Positions 17,417-25,927 of a DNA stretch of 64,000 bases are shown piece after piece. Source of the DNA: an uncultured Lentimicrobiaceae bacterium (GTDB lineage: Bacteria; Bacteroidota; Bacteroidia; Bacteroidales; JAGONC01). The notes under the pieces are model-generated. The model was given only the letters and a program-made list of their open reading frames with translations. It made no database searches and was not told the DNA's origin. The stretch is taken from contig CAZVNP010000013.1 of assembly GCA_964628285.1 (NCBI GenBank), positions 931 to 64,930 on the forward strand. Reading direction: 5' to 3'. How positions within the stretch are numbered: the first letter of the stretch is position 1; each line of letters starts with the position of its first letter. A program made the translations under genes and the position numbers.

Positions 17417-18808
17417 ATGAACGTCACACATGAAGCCACGGGCGAGCTCACGGCGACCATTAAGATCGAGATACAGGCCGGAGATTACCAGGAAGAGGTG
17501 GAGAAAAAACTGAAAGAGCTGCGGCGCAAGGCCAACCTCCCCGGTTTCCGGCCCGGCCACCTGCCGCTGGGCATGGTGCGTAAGATATATGGCAGGAGCG
17601 TTATCTCGGAAGAACTCAACAAACGCCTGTCCGACTCACTCGACGAATATATCAAGCAGAATGAGCTCGACCTGCTGGGCACGCCGCTGGCCAACAAGGA
17701 GAAAGGCAAAGAGATCGACCCGGATAACCAGAAAGACTTTGAGTTTTATTTCGACATTGCCCTGACACCTCACTTCGACATTGAGCTGTCGGACCAGATG
17801 AAAGTCGACTTTTACAAGGTCAAGATCGAGGATGAGATGATCGACAACCAAATTAAAGAGTACAGCTACAGGTTTGGGACGACCTCCCCGGCAGAAGCGG
17901 CCGGTGAGGATGATGTGGTGAAAGGCGAACTCGTCGAGCTGGATGAAAACGGGAACGAAAAAGAGAAAGGCATCCGTAAAACAACTACGATATCGGTACA
18001 TTTCATCAAGGATCCCGACACCAGGAACCAGTTCATTGGTGCCGCGCCGGACCAGCAGATCATATACCATCCCATGAGGGCCACGGGCAGCGCCGCCGAC
18101 ACAGCCTCCATGCTGGGCATCAAAAAGGAAGAAGCCGAACACCTCGAGTCACCCTTTCGATTCACCGTCAACGAAATCTCGCACTTCGAACCTGCCCCCG
18201 TCGATAGCGTGTTATTCGAAAAAGTTTACCCTAACCACTTGTTTGCATCGGAAGAAGAATTCAGGCAGCATGTAAGAAATGACTTAGAGGCATCACTGGC
18301 TTCCAGCAGCGAGCGGCTGTTCATGTCGAACATCAAAGACCTGCTCATTAAGGAAACCAACATCAGCCTTCCTGTGGATTTCCTGAAACGTTACCTGCTT
18401 GAGACATCTGAAAAAAAGATGACGATGGAACAGGTCGAGGCCGATTTTGAGCTTTATGCCCGGTCGTTGCGGTGGCAACTCATCGAGAACAAACTCTTTA
18501 AAAACTACGACATCAAAGTGACCGATGCCGACATCCGGTCTTACATCCGTCATTATTTCAGCCCGGAGCCACATGAACATGACACTGAACAGGGTCACGG
18601 GCATGAACCTGCCGGTGATACGGAACGGGACCAGCGGCTCGACAGGCTGGTCGACATGGTAATGGAAAACAAGGAAGAGGTGGAAAAGATCAACGATTAC
18701 CTTTACGACACCAAGCTGAGAGACTTGTTGCGGTCGCGGCTTTCTGTGACCACGAGCGTCGTATCCTACGAAGAATTTATTAAATTTGCAGGACAAACGA
18801 AATACTAA
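17417..18808 (+). CDS. tig: Trigger factor
   Basis: Ribosome-binding motif NLPGFRPG, and position upstream of clpP-clpX. Confidence 0.95.
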   Translation: MNVTHEATGELTATIKIEIQAGDYQEEVEKKLKELRRKANLPGFRPGHLPLGMVRKIYGRSVISEELNKRLSDSLDEYIKQNELDLLGTPLANKEKGKEIDPDNQKDFEFYFDIALTPHFDIELSDQMKVDFYKVKIEDEMIDNQIKEYSYRFGTTSPAEAAGEDDVVKGELVELDENGNEKEKGIRKTTTISVHFIKDPDTRNQFIGAAPDQQIIYHPMRATGSAADTASMLGIKKEEAEHLESPFRFTVNEISHFEPAPVDSVLFEKVYPNHLFASEEEFRQHVRNDLEASLASSSERLFMSNIKDLLIKETNISLPVDFLKRYLLETSEKKMTMEQVEADFELYARSLRWQLIENKLFKNYDIKVTDADIRSYIRHYFSPEPHEHDTEQGHGHEPAGDTERDQRLDRLVDMVMENKEEVEKINDYLYDTKLRDLLRSRLSVTTSVVSYEEFIKFAGQTKY

Positions 18809-18818
18809 AATCAGCTCT

Positions 18819-19502
18819 ATGAACAACGACGAATTCCGCAAGTATGCCATCAAACACCGGGGCATCAGCAGTCTGAACCTCGACAGGTACATACGTCTCG
18901 AGGGGGGTTACATCTCCCCCACCATCATCGAGGAGAGGCAGCTGAACATAGCGACGATGGATGTCTTCTCCCGGCTGATGATGGACCGCATCATTTTTCT
19001 GGGTGTACTCATCGATGATTATGTTGCCAACATCATCCAGGCGCAGCTTCTGTTTCTGGAGTCGACCGATTCGCGCAAGGATATTCAGATCTACCTGAAC
19101 ACGCCCGGTGGCGGCGTTTATGCCGGTCTGGGCATCTACGACACGATGCAGTATATTGCTCCTGACATTGCGACTATCTGCACGGGTGTGGCCGCCTCCA
19201 TGGGTGCCATCCTGCTGTGTGCCGGCACCAAGGGCAAACGCACGGCGCTGACGCATGCCCGCATCCTTATCCACCAGCCTGCCGGCGGCGCAGAAGGGGT
19301 GGCCTCCGACATCGAGATCACGGCGCGGGAGATACAGAAACTGAAAAAAGAACTTTATGACATCATCGCCGTCCATTCAGGTCAGGACTATAAAAAGATA
19401 TGGAAGGATGCCGACAGGGACTTCTGGATGACAGCCGATGAAGCCAAGGAATACGGTATGATCGATGAGGTGCTGCACCGCAATAAAATGGAAAAAAGCT
19501 GA
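18819..19502 (+). CDS. clpP: ATP-dependent Clp protease proteolytic subunit
   Basis: DVFSRLMMDRIIFLG, YLNTPGG, GVAASMGA, LIHQP. The start is placed at ATG 18819 to avoid overlap with tig. Confidence 0.95.
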   Translation: MNNDEFRKYAIKHRGISSLNLDRYIRLEGGYISPTIIEERQLNIATMDVFSRLMMDRIIFLGVLIDDYVANIIQAQLLFLESTDSRKDIQIYLNTPGGGVYAGLGIYDTMQYIAPDIATICTGVAASMGAILLCAGTKGKRTALTHARILIHQPAGGAEGVASDIEITAREIQKLKKELYDIIAVHSGQDYKKIWKDADRDFWMTADEAKEYGMIDEVLHRNKMEKS

Positions 19503-19543
19503 CAAGGTATCCAACGTTTAATTTTTTACGTATAATCTGAATC

Positions 19544-20782
19544 ATGGCCCGTACTTATGAACGATGCTCTTTCTGCGGCCGCTCCAAGAAGGACACCAAC
19601 GTCCTTATCGCCGGCCTCGACGCTCACATCTGTGATTATTGTGTGGCTCAGGCGCAGTCGATCATAAACGAGGAGTTCGCCGCCAGGACGCCGGTGCACA
19701 CCGGTCGTCTGGAGCTGCGTAAGCCTGCTGAGATCAAAGCGTACCTCGACCAGTACGTCATCGGGCAGGAAGAGGCCAAGAAGATCATCTCTGTTGCCGT
19801 TTACAACCATTACAAACGCATCTCACAGCCGTTCGATGCCAATGACAAGAACGAGGTGGAGATAGAAAAGTCGAACATCATCCTTGTGGGTGAGACGGGT
19901 ACGGGCAAGACTTTGCTGGCCCGCACCATTGCCAAGATGCTGCACGTACCCTTCTGCATCGCCGATGCCACTGTGCTCACCGAGGCCGGATATGTGGGTG
20001 AGGATGTGGAGAGCATCCTCACTCGTCTGCTGCAGGTGGCCGATTACAATGTGGCGGCGGCCGAGAGAGGTATTATCTTCATCGACGAGATCGACAAGAT
20101 ATCGCGCAAAAGCGACAATCCCTCCATCACCCGTGACGTGTCGGGAGAAGGTGTGCAGCAGGCTTTGCTCAAGCTGCTCGAAGGCTCTTTCGTGAACGTG
20201 CCGCCGCAGGGTGGCCGCAAGCATCCCGAGCAGAGAATGATACAGGTCAACACGCAGAACATCCTGTTCATCGCCGGCGGCGCTTTCGACGGCATTGAAA
20301 AGAAAATAGCCTCACGGCTGGAGACCCATCTTATCGGTTACAATACCGCCAGGGTGAAGGATGCCATCAACAAGGACAACCTCATGCAGTTCGTCGCCCC
20401 CATGGACCTGCGCAGTTACGGGCTCATACCCGAGATCGTCGGCCGTCTGCCCGTGATCACCTTCATGAACCCCTTAGATAAAGCAACACTGAGAAGAATA
20501 CTCATCGAGCCTAAAAATTCAATCATCAAGCAGTTCATCAAGCTGTTCGCCATGGATCACATCAAGCTGACCTTTGACGATGCCGTGCTGGACTATATCG
20601 TCGACAAGTCGATTGAATTTCGCCTGGGGGCCCGGGGGTTGCGTTCCATCCTCGAAGCCATCATGACCGATGCCATGTTCGAGCTGCCGTCGGACAATTC
20701 GGTTAAAGCCGTTCATATTACCGTTGACTATGCCGAAGAGAAGATGCGCAAAACGAATGTGGCCCGGCTGAAAGTTGCCTAA
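19544..20782 (+). CDS. clpX: ATP-dependent Clp protease ATP-binding subunit
   Basis: Zinc finger CSFCG...CDYC, Walker [23 protein letters not shown]. Confidence 0.97.
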   Translation: MARTYERCSFCGRSKKDTNVLIAGLDAHICDYCVAQAQSIINEEFAARTPVHTGRLELRKPAEIKAYLDQYVIGQEEAKKIISVAVYNHYKRISQPFDANDKNEVEIEKSNIILVGETGTGKTLLARTIAKMLHVPFCIADATVLTEAGYVGEDVESILTRLLQVADYNVAAAERGIIFIDEIDKISRKSDNPSITRDVSGEGVQQALLKLLEGSFVNVPPQGGRKHPEQRMIQVNTQNILFIAGGAFDGIEKKIASRLETHLIGYNTARVKDAINKDNLMQFVAPMDLRSYGLIPEIVGRLPVITFMNPLDKATLRRILIEPKNSIIKQFIKLFAMDHIKLTFDDAVLDYIVDKSIEFRLGARGLRSILEAIMTDAMFELPSDNSVKAVHITVDYAEEKMRKTNVARLKVA

Positions 20783-20804
20783 TCATCCCCATGGGGATAG
20801 CAGA

Positions 20805-21386
20805 ATGAAAACTTTCCTCGTTACGGTTTTATTTTCCTGCTGTGCCGTCACCGTTTTTTCGCAGGAGCCCCGTTCCGCTCCGGCCATGATCATAGACGTC
20901 AATGGCGACACCCTTTACATCATCAACTTACCCCAGCTTAACGTCATCGGCAAAGCCTACTATAGAAATGGCCGTGCCGAGAGGCGTTACGGCCGTCTGG
21001 TGCGCAATGTGATAAAGGTTTACCCCTATGCCGTGATCGCCAGGGAGAAGCTGGAGGAGTACAGCACGGAGCTGGCAGGGGTCACCGACGAAAAGGAAAA
21101 AAAACGCATCCTCAGGCAGGCTGAACAGGAGCTGATGGACCGCTATGGTGATGAGATAAAAGATCTTAATTTTACGCAGGGCACCATACTCATCAAGCTG
21201 GTAGACCGCGAGACCGGCTCTTCCTCCTATGAACTGGTCGGGGAACTGCGGGGACAGTTTGTCGCTTTTTTCTGGCAATCGCTGGCGCGGATATTCGGGT
21301 ACAACCTGAAGGTTAGATACGATCCCACAGGCGAGGACAGGGATATTGAGATGATCGTGCAGATGATTGAGAAGGGGGAGCTGTGA
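20805..21386 (+). CDS. DUF4294-like exported protein
   Basis: Signal peptide and the motifs RLVRNVIKVYPYA and GTILIKLVDRETG...FFWQSLARIFG. Confidence 0.7.
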   Translation: MKTFLVTVLFSCCAVTVFSQEPRSAPAMIIDVNGDTLYIINLPQLNVIGKAYYRNGRAERRYGRLVRNVIKVYPYAVIAREKLEEYSTELAGVTDEKEKKRILRQAEQELMDRYGDEIKDLNFTQGTILIKLVDRETGSSSYELVGELRGQFVAFFWQSLARIFGYNLKVRYDPTGEDRDIEMIVQMIEKGEL

Positions 21387-21404
21387 GATAAGCTGCGAAC
21401 TGTA

Positions 21405-21625
21405 CAGCCCCCTACCCCACTCCTTCTCCTATGTTGGGGAAGGAATCAGGGGGATAGGGGCAAATCATTGAATGTTCGTTAATGTGTGTTGAAAATTGGG
21501 AAGAGAAAGGTTTTATTTAACCACGGAGGGACACTGGGGAAAAACGGAGGTTCACTGAGGATTAAAAAATTTATTTATTTTCCTCTGCGCCCTCTGGACC
21601 TCCTCTGTGCCCTCAGTGGTTAAAA
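21405..21625. repeat. Intact composite intergenic repeat: hairpin A (21405-21461) + segment B (21466-21528) + hairpin C (21516-21625)
   Basis: Hairpin A recurs at 34810-34867 and 46012-46069. Segment B recurs split at 46073-46094 and 49333-49391. Hairpin C arms are tttaaccacggagggacac and gtgccctcagtggttaaaa. Confidence 0.8.
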
Positions 21626-21710
21626 GAAACATATCAATCCGAACATCATCTCTTATTCCGGCACGCGTTGCAAACGTGCGCAAGCAAAGACTAATCAGCT
21701 CATCCTCACC

Positions 21711-21738
21711 CGACTGACGACTGACGACTGACGACTGG
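21711..21738. repeat. Heptamer tandem repeat (CGACTGA)x4
   Basis: Read directly; the last unit is cgactgg. Confidence 0.9.
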
Positions 21739-21772
21739 ACGGAGGTCGGTTAAAGGTGGAACATAAAAGATG

Positions 21773-23197
21773 TTACTTCCCTCGTCCCTGGATGACGATA
21801 AGGATGGTGTATATCAATATTTTCAAGTCCATGGCTAAGGACATGTTCTCGATGTAAAGGAGGTCGAATTTAAGGCGTTCGACCATCTGCTCCACATTTT
21901 CAGCATAACCGTATTTGACCTGGCCCCATGAGGTAATGCCGGGTTTGACCTTGTGAAGCATCTTATAGTGAGGGGCTATCTTCACGATCTGGTCGATAAA
22001 ATACTGGCGTTCGGGTCGTGGCCCGACGATGCTCATGTCGCCCACCAGCACGGAATAAAACTGAGGGATCTCATCGAGCCTCACTTTCCTGATGAACTTA
22101 CCGAAGGGGGTGACGCGCGTGTCATTGCTGGATGACAGCATGGGTGTGCCATTTTCCGCATTATGGTACATCGAACGGAACTTATGCATTTTAAACGGCT
22201 TGCCGTGCAGGCCTATGCGCTCCTGGGAATAAATGACCGGACCCGGTGATGACAACCTCACGCCGATCGCCGTGATCACATAAAAGGGTATCAGAAGGAT
22301 CATGGCGGCGAGCGACACGACGATATCGAAAATTCTCTTCACCGACTGTTGCCAGGGCGGCATCAGCTCCGCCGTGATCTGAATGAGGGCGGCGCCGAAG
22401 ATGGAGGATATCTTGACGACGCCCATGATGATGTCCTGCATGTCGGGGATCACCTTGATGACCAGCGGCATATCCTCCAGGTCGGTGATGATCTGCTGGA
22501 CGATCTTATGTTCCGTCTCCTCTACGGCGATGATCACCTCTTCGATTTCATGGTTCTGAATGATCCGGCGTAAATCCTTATAAGGACCCAGGTATGGCAG
22601 GAACTCACCGAGCTTATAGTCATGGTCATCGAGCACGCTGACAAAACCGACGAACTTGTTGCCACTCGATTTCACCTGGCCCTCGATCTCTTTGTAAATA
22701 TCCACTGCGTTGCCGTTGCTTCCTATGATGATGGTGTTGAATCCAATAAGCCGGCGGTGAATCTTTTTTACCGTCACCGTAGTGAGGATAAGCCTGAAGG
22801 CATAGGTGAACGAAAAATGCAGCCCGTAAAGCACAAGAAACGACTGGTAATAGGTCTTATATGAGATAACGACATCGTCGAGGATGAGGGCAAAGAAGAT
22901 GAAGACGACCCCGATGAGAGTGATGAGCAATGTCTGACCCAGCTCACGCAACCTGGCTTTACGGAAAATATCCTTATATGTTCCGACGAGAACGTAAAGA
23001 ATCAGCCAGAAAACGGGTACGATCATGACGCCATAATAAAAATTGACGTCGGAGAAAATCTGTTCAAGGTTATAGAATATCTGGTGGTCGAGCTTATACT
23101 TCCTGTAAAGAAAGAACAGGCTCCAGGCCAGGGCGGCAGCCACAATGTCGGCAATGATGTATTTTGCGACCTGTTTATGTTTATTTTTCCGTGTCAT
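21773..23197 (-). CDS. Polyprenyl-phosphate sugar phosphotransferase (WcaJ/CpsE type)
   Basis: N-terminal TM helices, CoA-binding-like middle region, and Bac_transf motifs KFRSM, RLDEIPQF, SIVGPRPER, KPGITSWGQV. Confidence 0.9.
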   Translation of the reverse strand: MTRKNKHKQVAKYIIADIVAAALAWSLFFLYRKYKLDHQIFYNLEQIFSDVNFYYGVMIVPVFWLILYVLVGTYKDIFRKARLRELGQTLLITLIGVVFIFFALILDDVVISYKTYYQSFLVLYGLHFSFTYAFRLILTTVTVKKIHRRLIGFNTIIIGSNGNAVDIYKEIEGQVKSSGNKFVGFVSVLDDHDYKLGEFLPYLGPYKDLRRIIQNHEIEEVIIAVEETEHKIVQQIITDLEDMPLVIKVIPDMQDIIMGVVKISSIFGAALIQITAELMPPWQQSVKRIFDIVVSLAAMILLIPFYVITAIGVRLSSPGPVIYSQERIGLHGKPFKMHKFRSMYHNAENGTPMLSSSNDTRVTPFGKFIRKVRLDEIPQFYSVLVGDMSIVGPRPERQYFIDQIVKIAPHYKMLHKVKPGITSWGQVKYGYAENVEQMVERLKFDLLYIENMSLAMDLKILIYTILIVIQGRGK

Positions 23198-23200
23198 GGG

Positions 23201-24082
23201 TCAATGCAATAATTTCAAGTTATCAATGAGGATAACCGGGTCATTCACCGTTCCATCATATAAAGCCCCGATGAAAACATTGTAATCCAGTGCCGAATTA
23301 TAATACAGATCGACCGCGTTGGTCAGGTCGATATAGATCTTTTTCCATTGTTGTGCCGGATTTAATATGCAGACGGCCTGCTGCACCGACTGGTCGTACT
23401 CATTGGCGAAGACACCCGCCGTAAAGGGAATGCCTGTCTTAAAGTTCATCTCGAGGTACACCTTGCTGCCATCCTGAGGCAGATCATAGGCTTCCTGCGT
23501 CAACGCCTCAAAGAATGTGTGCATGTCATCGAGGTGCACAATGCCTGAGTAATTGCCCTCGAACACCAGGGCAGGATCGGAGGTCACCAGCACCGACGTA
23601 TCGCTGCGGCTGCTTTTAACCAGCGAGGAGTGGCCGTTCTCAAAATCCTCCATCCAGTCAAAGATGGTGTTGTCCTTGTACTGCACCACCGGGGAGACGG
23701 TGATGACGCTGTCCCTGACCAGGGTAACATCCCTGGCATACGACGTATAGAAAGGATAATCGGCGCGGCTGCCGGCGATGCCATCGACCTTAATGCCGGC
23801 ACGCACCGTCAAAGTATGGGGGCCTTCCTTGAGGACAGGAAAACGGGCCGGCAGCTCAAAGGCACCTATCAGATCATTATCCACATACACCCAGGCATCG
23901 ACGATGTTACCCGACAAGGAGCCTTCCTGTGATGCCAGCGCCGGATTGACGGTAAGCCGGATGGTGTCGATGCGGATATAGCAGGGGACGAGATATTTAT
24001 CATCGTTCTTGCAACAGGAAAAGAAGAACAAAGAAGAGAAAAAGATAAAAATGAAGAAAATGTGTAGACTTCTGCCTATCAT
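23201..24082 (-). CDS. Hypothetical lipoprotein
   Basis: Hydrophobic N-terminus with SCC lipobox; beta-rich. Confidence 0.7.
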   Translation of the reverse strand: MIGRSLHIFFIFIFFSSLFFFSCCKNDDKYLVPCYIRIDTIRLTVNPALASQEGSLSGNIVDAWVYVDNDLIGAFELPARFPVLKEGPHTLTVRAGIKVDGIAGSRADYPFYTSYARDVTLVRDSVITVSPVVQYKDNTIFDWMEDFENGHSSLVKSSRSDTSVLVTSDPALVFEGNYSGIVHLDDMHTFFEALTQEAYDLPQDGSKVYLEMNFKTGIPFTAGVFANEYDQSVQQAVCILNPAQQWKKIYIDLTNAVDLYYNSALDYNVFIGALYDGTVNDPVILIDNLKLLH

Positions 24083-24192
24083 TATAAAAACCTGACCAAT
24101 GACCTGAATCGACTGCTGAAATTAAACGGAAAACGACGTTTTATATTGCCGGGCATGGCCGTATTAATTAAATGTCGACCTTCATATCCCTG

Positions 24193-25179
24193 TCAGAGAT
24201 TCCCGGGAGCCATTTGTATCTTGTCCATGATCTGATAGGCCACCTCTATGGCCCTGTAACCGTCGAAGATGGTCACCGGCGGCACCGTGTTGTGGATGAT
24301 GGCCTGAGCGAAGGATTCGAGCTCGAGCTTGATGGCATTCACATGTTTTATCTCTGGTTTCTCAAAATAGATCTCCTTTTTACCTTTGCCGCCACCCAGG
24401 TCGATGATCATCGACAGAGGATCCGTTTTCCCGTGTGTCACATCTTTCAGGCGAATGATCTCGAGCGATTTCTCGAGGAAGTCCACGGCGATGTACGCAT
24501 CTTTCTGAAAGAACCGTGATTTCCTCATGTTCTTCATGGAAATGCGGCTTGCCGTGAGGTTGGCGACGCAGCCGTTGTCGAATTCCAGTCTGGCGTTGGC
24601 GATGTCGGGTATGTCACTGACGACGCCCACTCCGCTGGCGTTAATTTTTTTCAGGTTCGAATTGACCACGCTCAGCACGATGTCAATATCATGTATCATC
24701 AGATCAAGGATGACGGGCACGTCGGTGCCGCGCGGATTAAACTGGGCGAGGCGGTGTGCCTCGATGAACATGGGTTGATGCAGGTATGGACGCACCGCCA
24801 TAAAGGCTGGATTGAAACGCTCGACATGACCGACCTGCACCTTCACATGGGCTTCCTCGGCTATCTTGATCAGCTCCTTGGCCTCGGCAGGCGTAGCCAC
24901 CACAGGCTTCTCAATGAAGACATGCTTGGACCTTTTCAAAGCCATGGAAGAACAGCTGAAATGCGACACCGTCGGTGTGACGATATCCACGACATCCACC
25001 GCTTCGATCAAATCGCTGACGGAATGGAAATTCACCAGGCCAAATTCGTTTTTGACCTGTTCCGTCGTCAGGTGATCGGGATCATAGAATCCGGCCAGGA
25101 AATAGTCATCGATCTCGCGAATGCATCTGATATGTATCTTGCCCAGATGACCGGCTCCCAGCACACCTATCTTCAACAT
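24193..25179 (-). CDS. Gfo/Idh/MocA family oxidoreductase
   Basis: GVLGAGHLG Rossmann motif, HVFIEKP, VGHVERFNP, DLMIHDID. Confidence 0.9.
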   Translation of the reverse strand: MLKIGVLGAGHLGKIHIRCIREIDDYFLAGFYDPDHLTTEQVKNEFGLVNFHSVSDLIEAVDVVDIVTPTVSHFSCSSMALKRSKHVFIEKPVVATPAEAKELIKIAEEAHVKVQVGHVERFNPAFMAVRPYLHQPMFIEAHRLAQFNPRGTDVPVILDLMIHDIDIVLSVVNSNLKKINASGVGVVSDIPDIANARLEFDNGCVANLTASRISMKNMRKSRFFQKDAYIAVDFLEKSLEIIRLKDVTHGKTDPLSMIIDLGGGKGKKEIYFEKPEIKHVNAIKLELESFAQAIIHNTVPPVTIFDGYRAIEVAYQIMDKIQMAPGNL

Positions 25180-25274
25180 GACCTAAAATTTTAGCAAATG
25201 TAAAAATTTGGACGGACGAAATTAGTAATTTCGTATGAATTTTATTATCCTGTTATTCCTCTGGTCATTTGGAA

Positions 25275-25919
25275 ATGATCGATTCATACAAGCACAAAGG
25301 GCTCCGTAAACAGCTTATTGACGGTATACGTTACAAGGGCATCAGGGACGAGAAGGTGCTGAAAGCCATGGAGGATGTCCCGCGGCATTTCTTCTTCGAT
25401 TCGTCTTTTCTGAAATATGCTTATGAGGATAAGCCTTTCCCTATCGGTGCCGGCCAAACGATCTCACAACCTTATACGGTAGCTTATCAGACGGAGCTTC
25501 TGCAGATTGAAAAAGGCGACAAAGTCCTGGAGATAGGCACAGGCTCAGGATACCAGGCCTGCATCCTTTCACTTCTTGGCGCCAAGGTGTTCACCGTCGA
25601 ACGTATAAAAAGCCTTTACCAGAAGTCGAAAAGCCTCCTGGCCGAGATGGGCTACAACACCATCAAAGTGTTTTACGGTGACGGATACAAGGGACTGCCT
25701 GCCTTCGCTCCCTTCGATAAGATACTGGTCACCGCCGCCGCACCGGTCATACCCGCGACTCTTAAGGAGCAAATGAAGGTCGGGGGAATGCTTGTACTGC
25801 CTCTTGGCGGCGGTGATGTTCAGGTCATGACCCGTGTCATCAAATTATCGGAGGATGAATACAAGACCGAGGAACATGGCCTGTTCCGTTTCGTCCCGCT
25901 CCTCAGCGAGAAAGAATGA
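25275..25919 (+). CDS. pcm: Protein-L-isoaspartate O-methyltransferase
   Basis: GQTISQPY, VLEIGTGSGYQA, APFDKILVTAAA. Confidence 0.95.
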   Translation: MIDSYKHKGLRKQLIDGIRYKGIRDEKVLKAMEDVPRHFFFDSSFLKYAYEDKPFPIGAGQTISQPYTVAYQTELLQIEKGDKVLEIGTGSGYQACILSLLGAKVFTVERIKSLYQKSKSLLAEMGYNTIKVFYGDGYKGLPAFAPFDKILVTAAAPVIPATLKEQMKVGGMLVLPLGGGDVQVMTRVIKLSEDEYKTEEHGLFRFVPLLSEKE

Positions 25920-25927
25920 CAGCCCTG

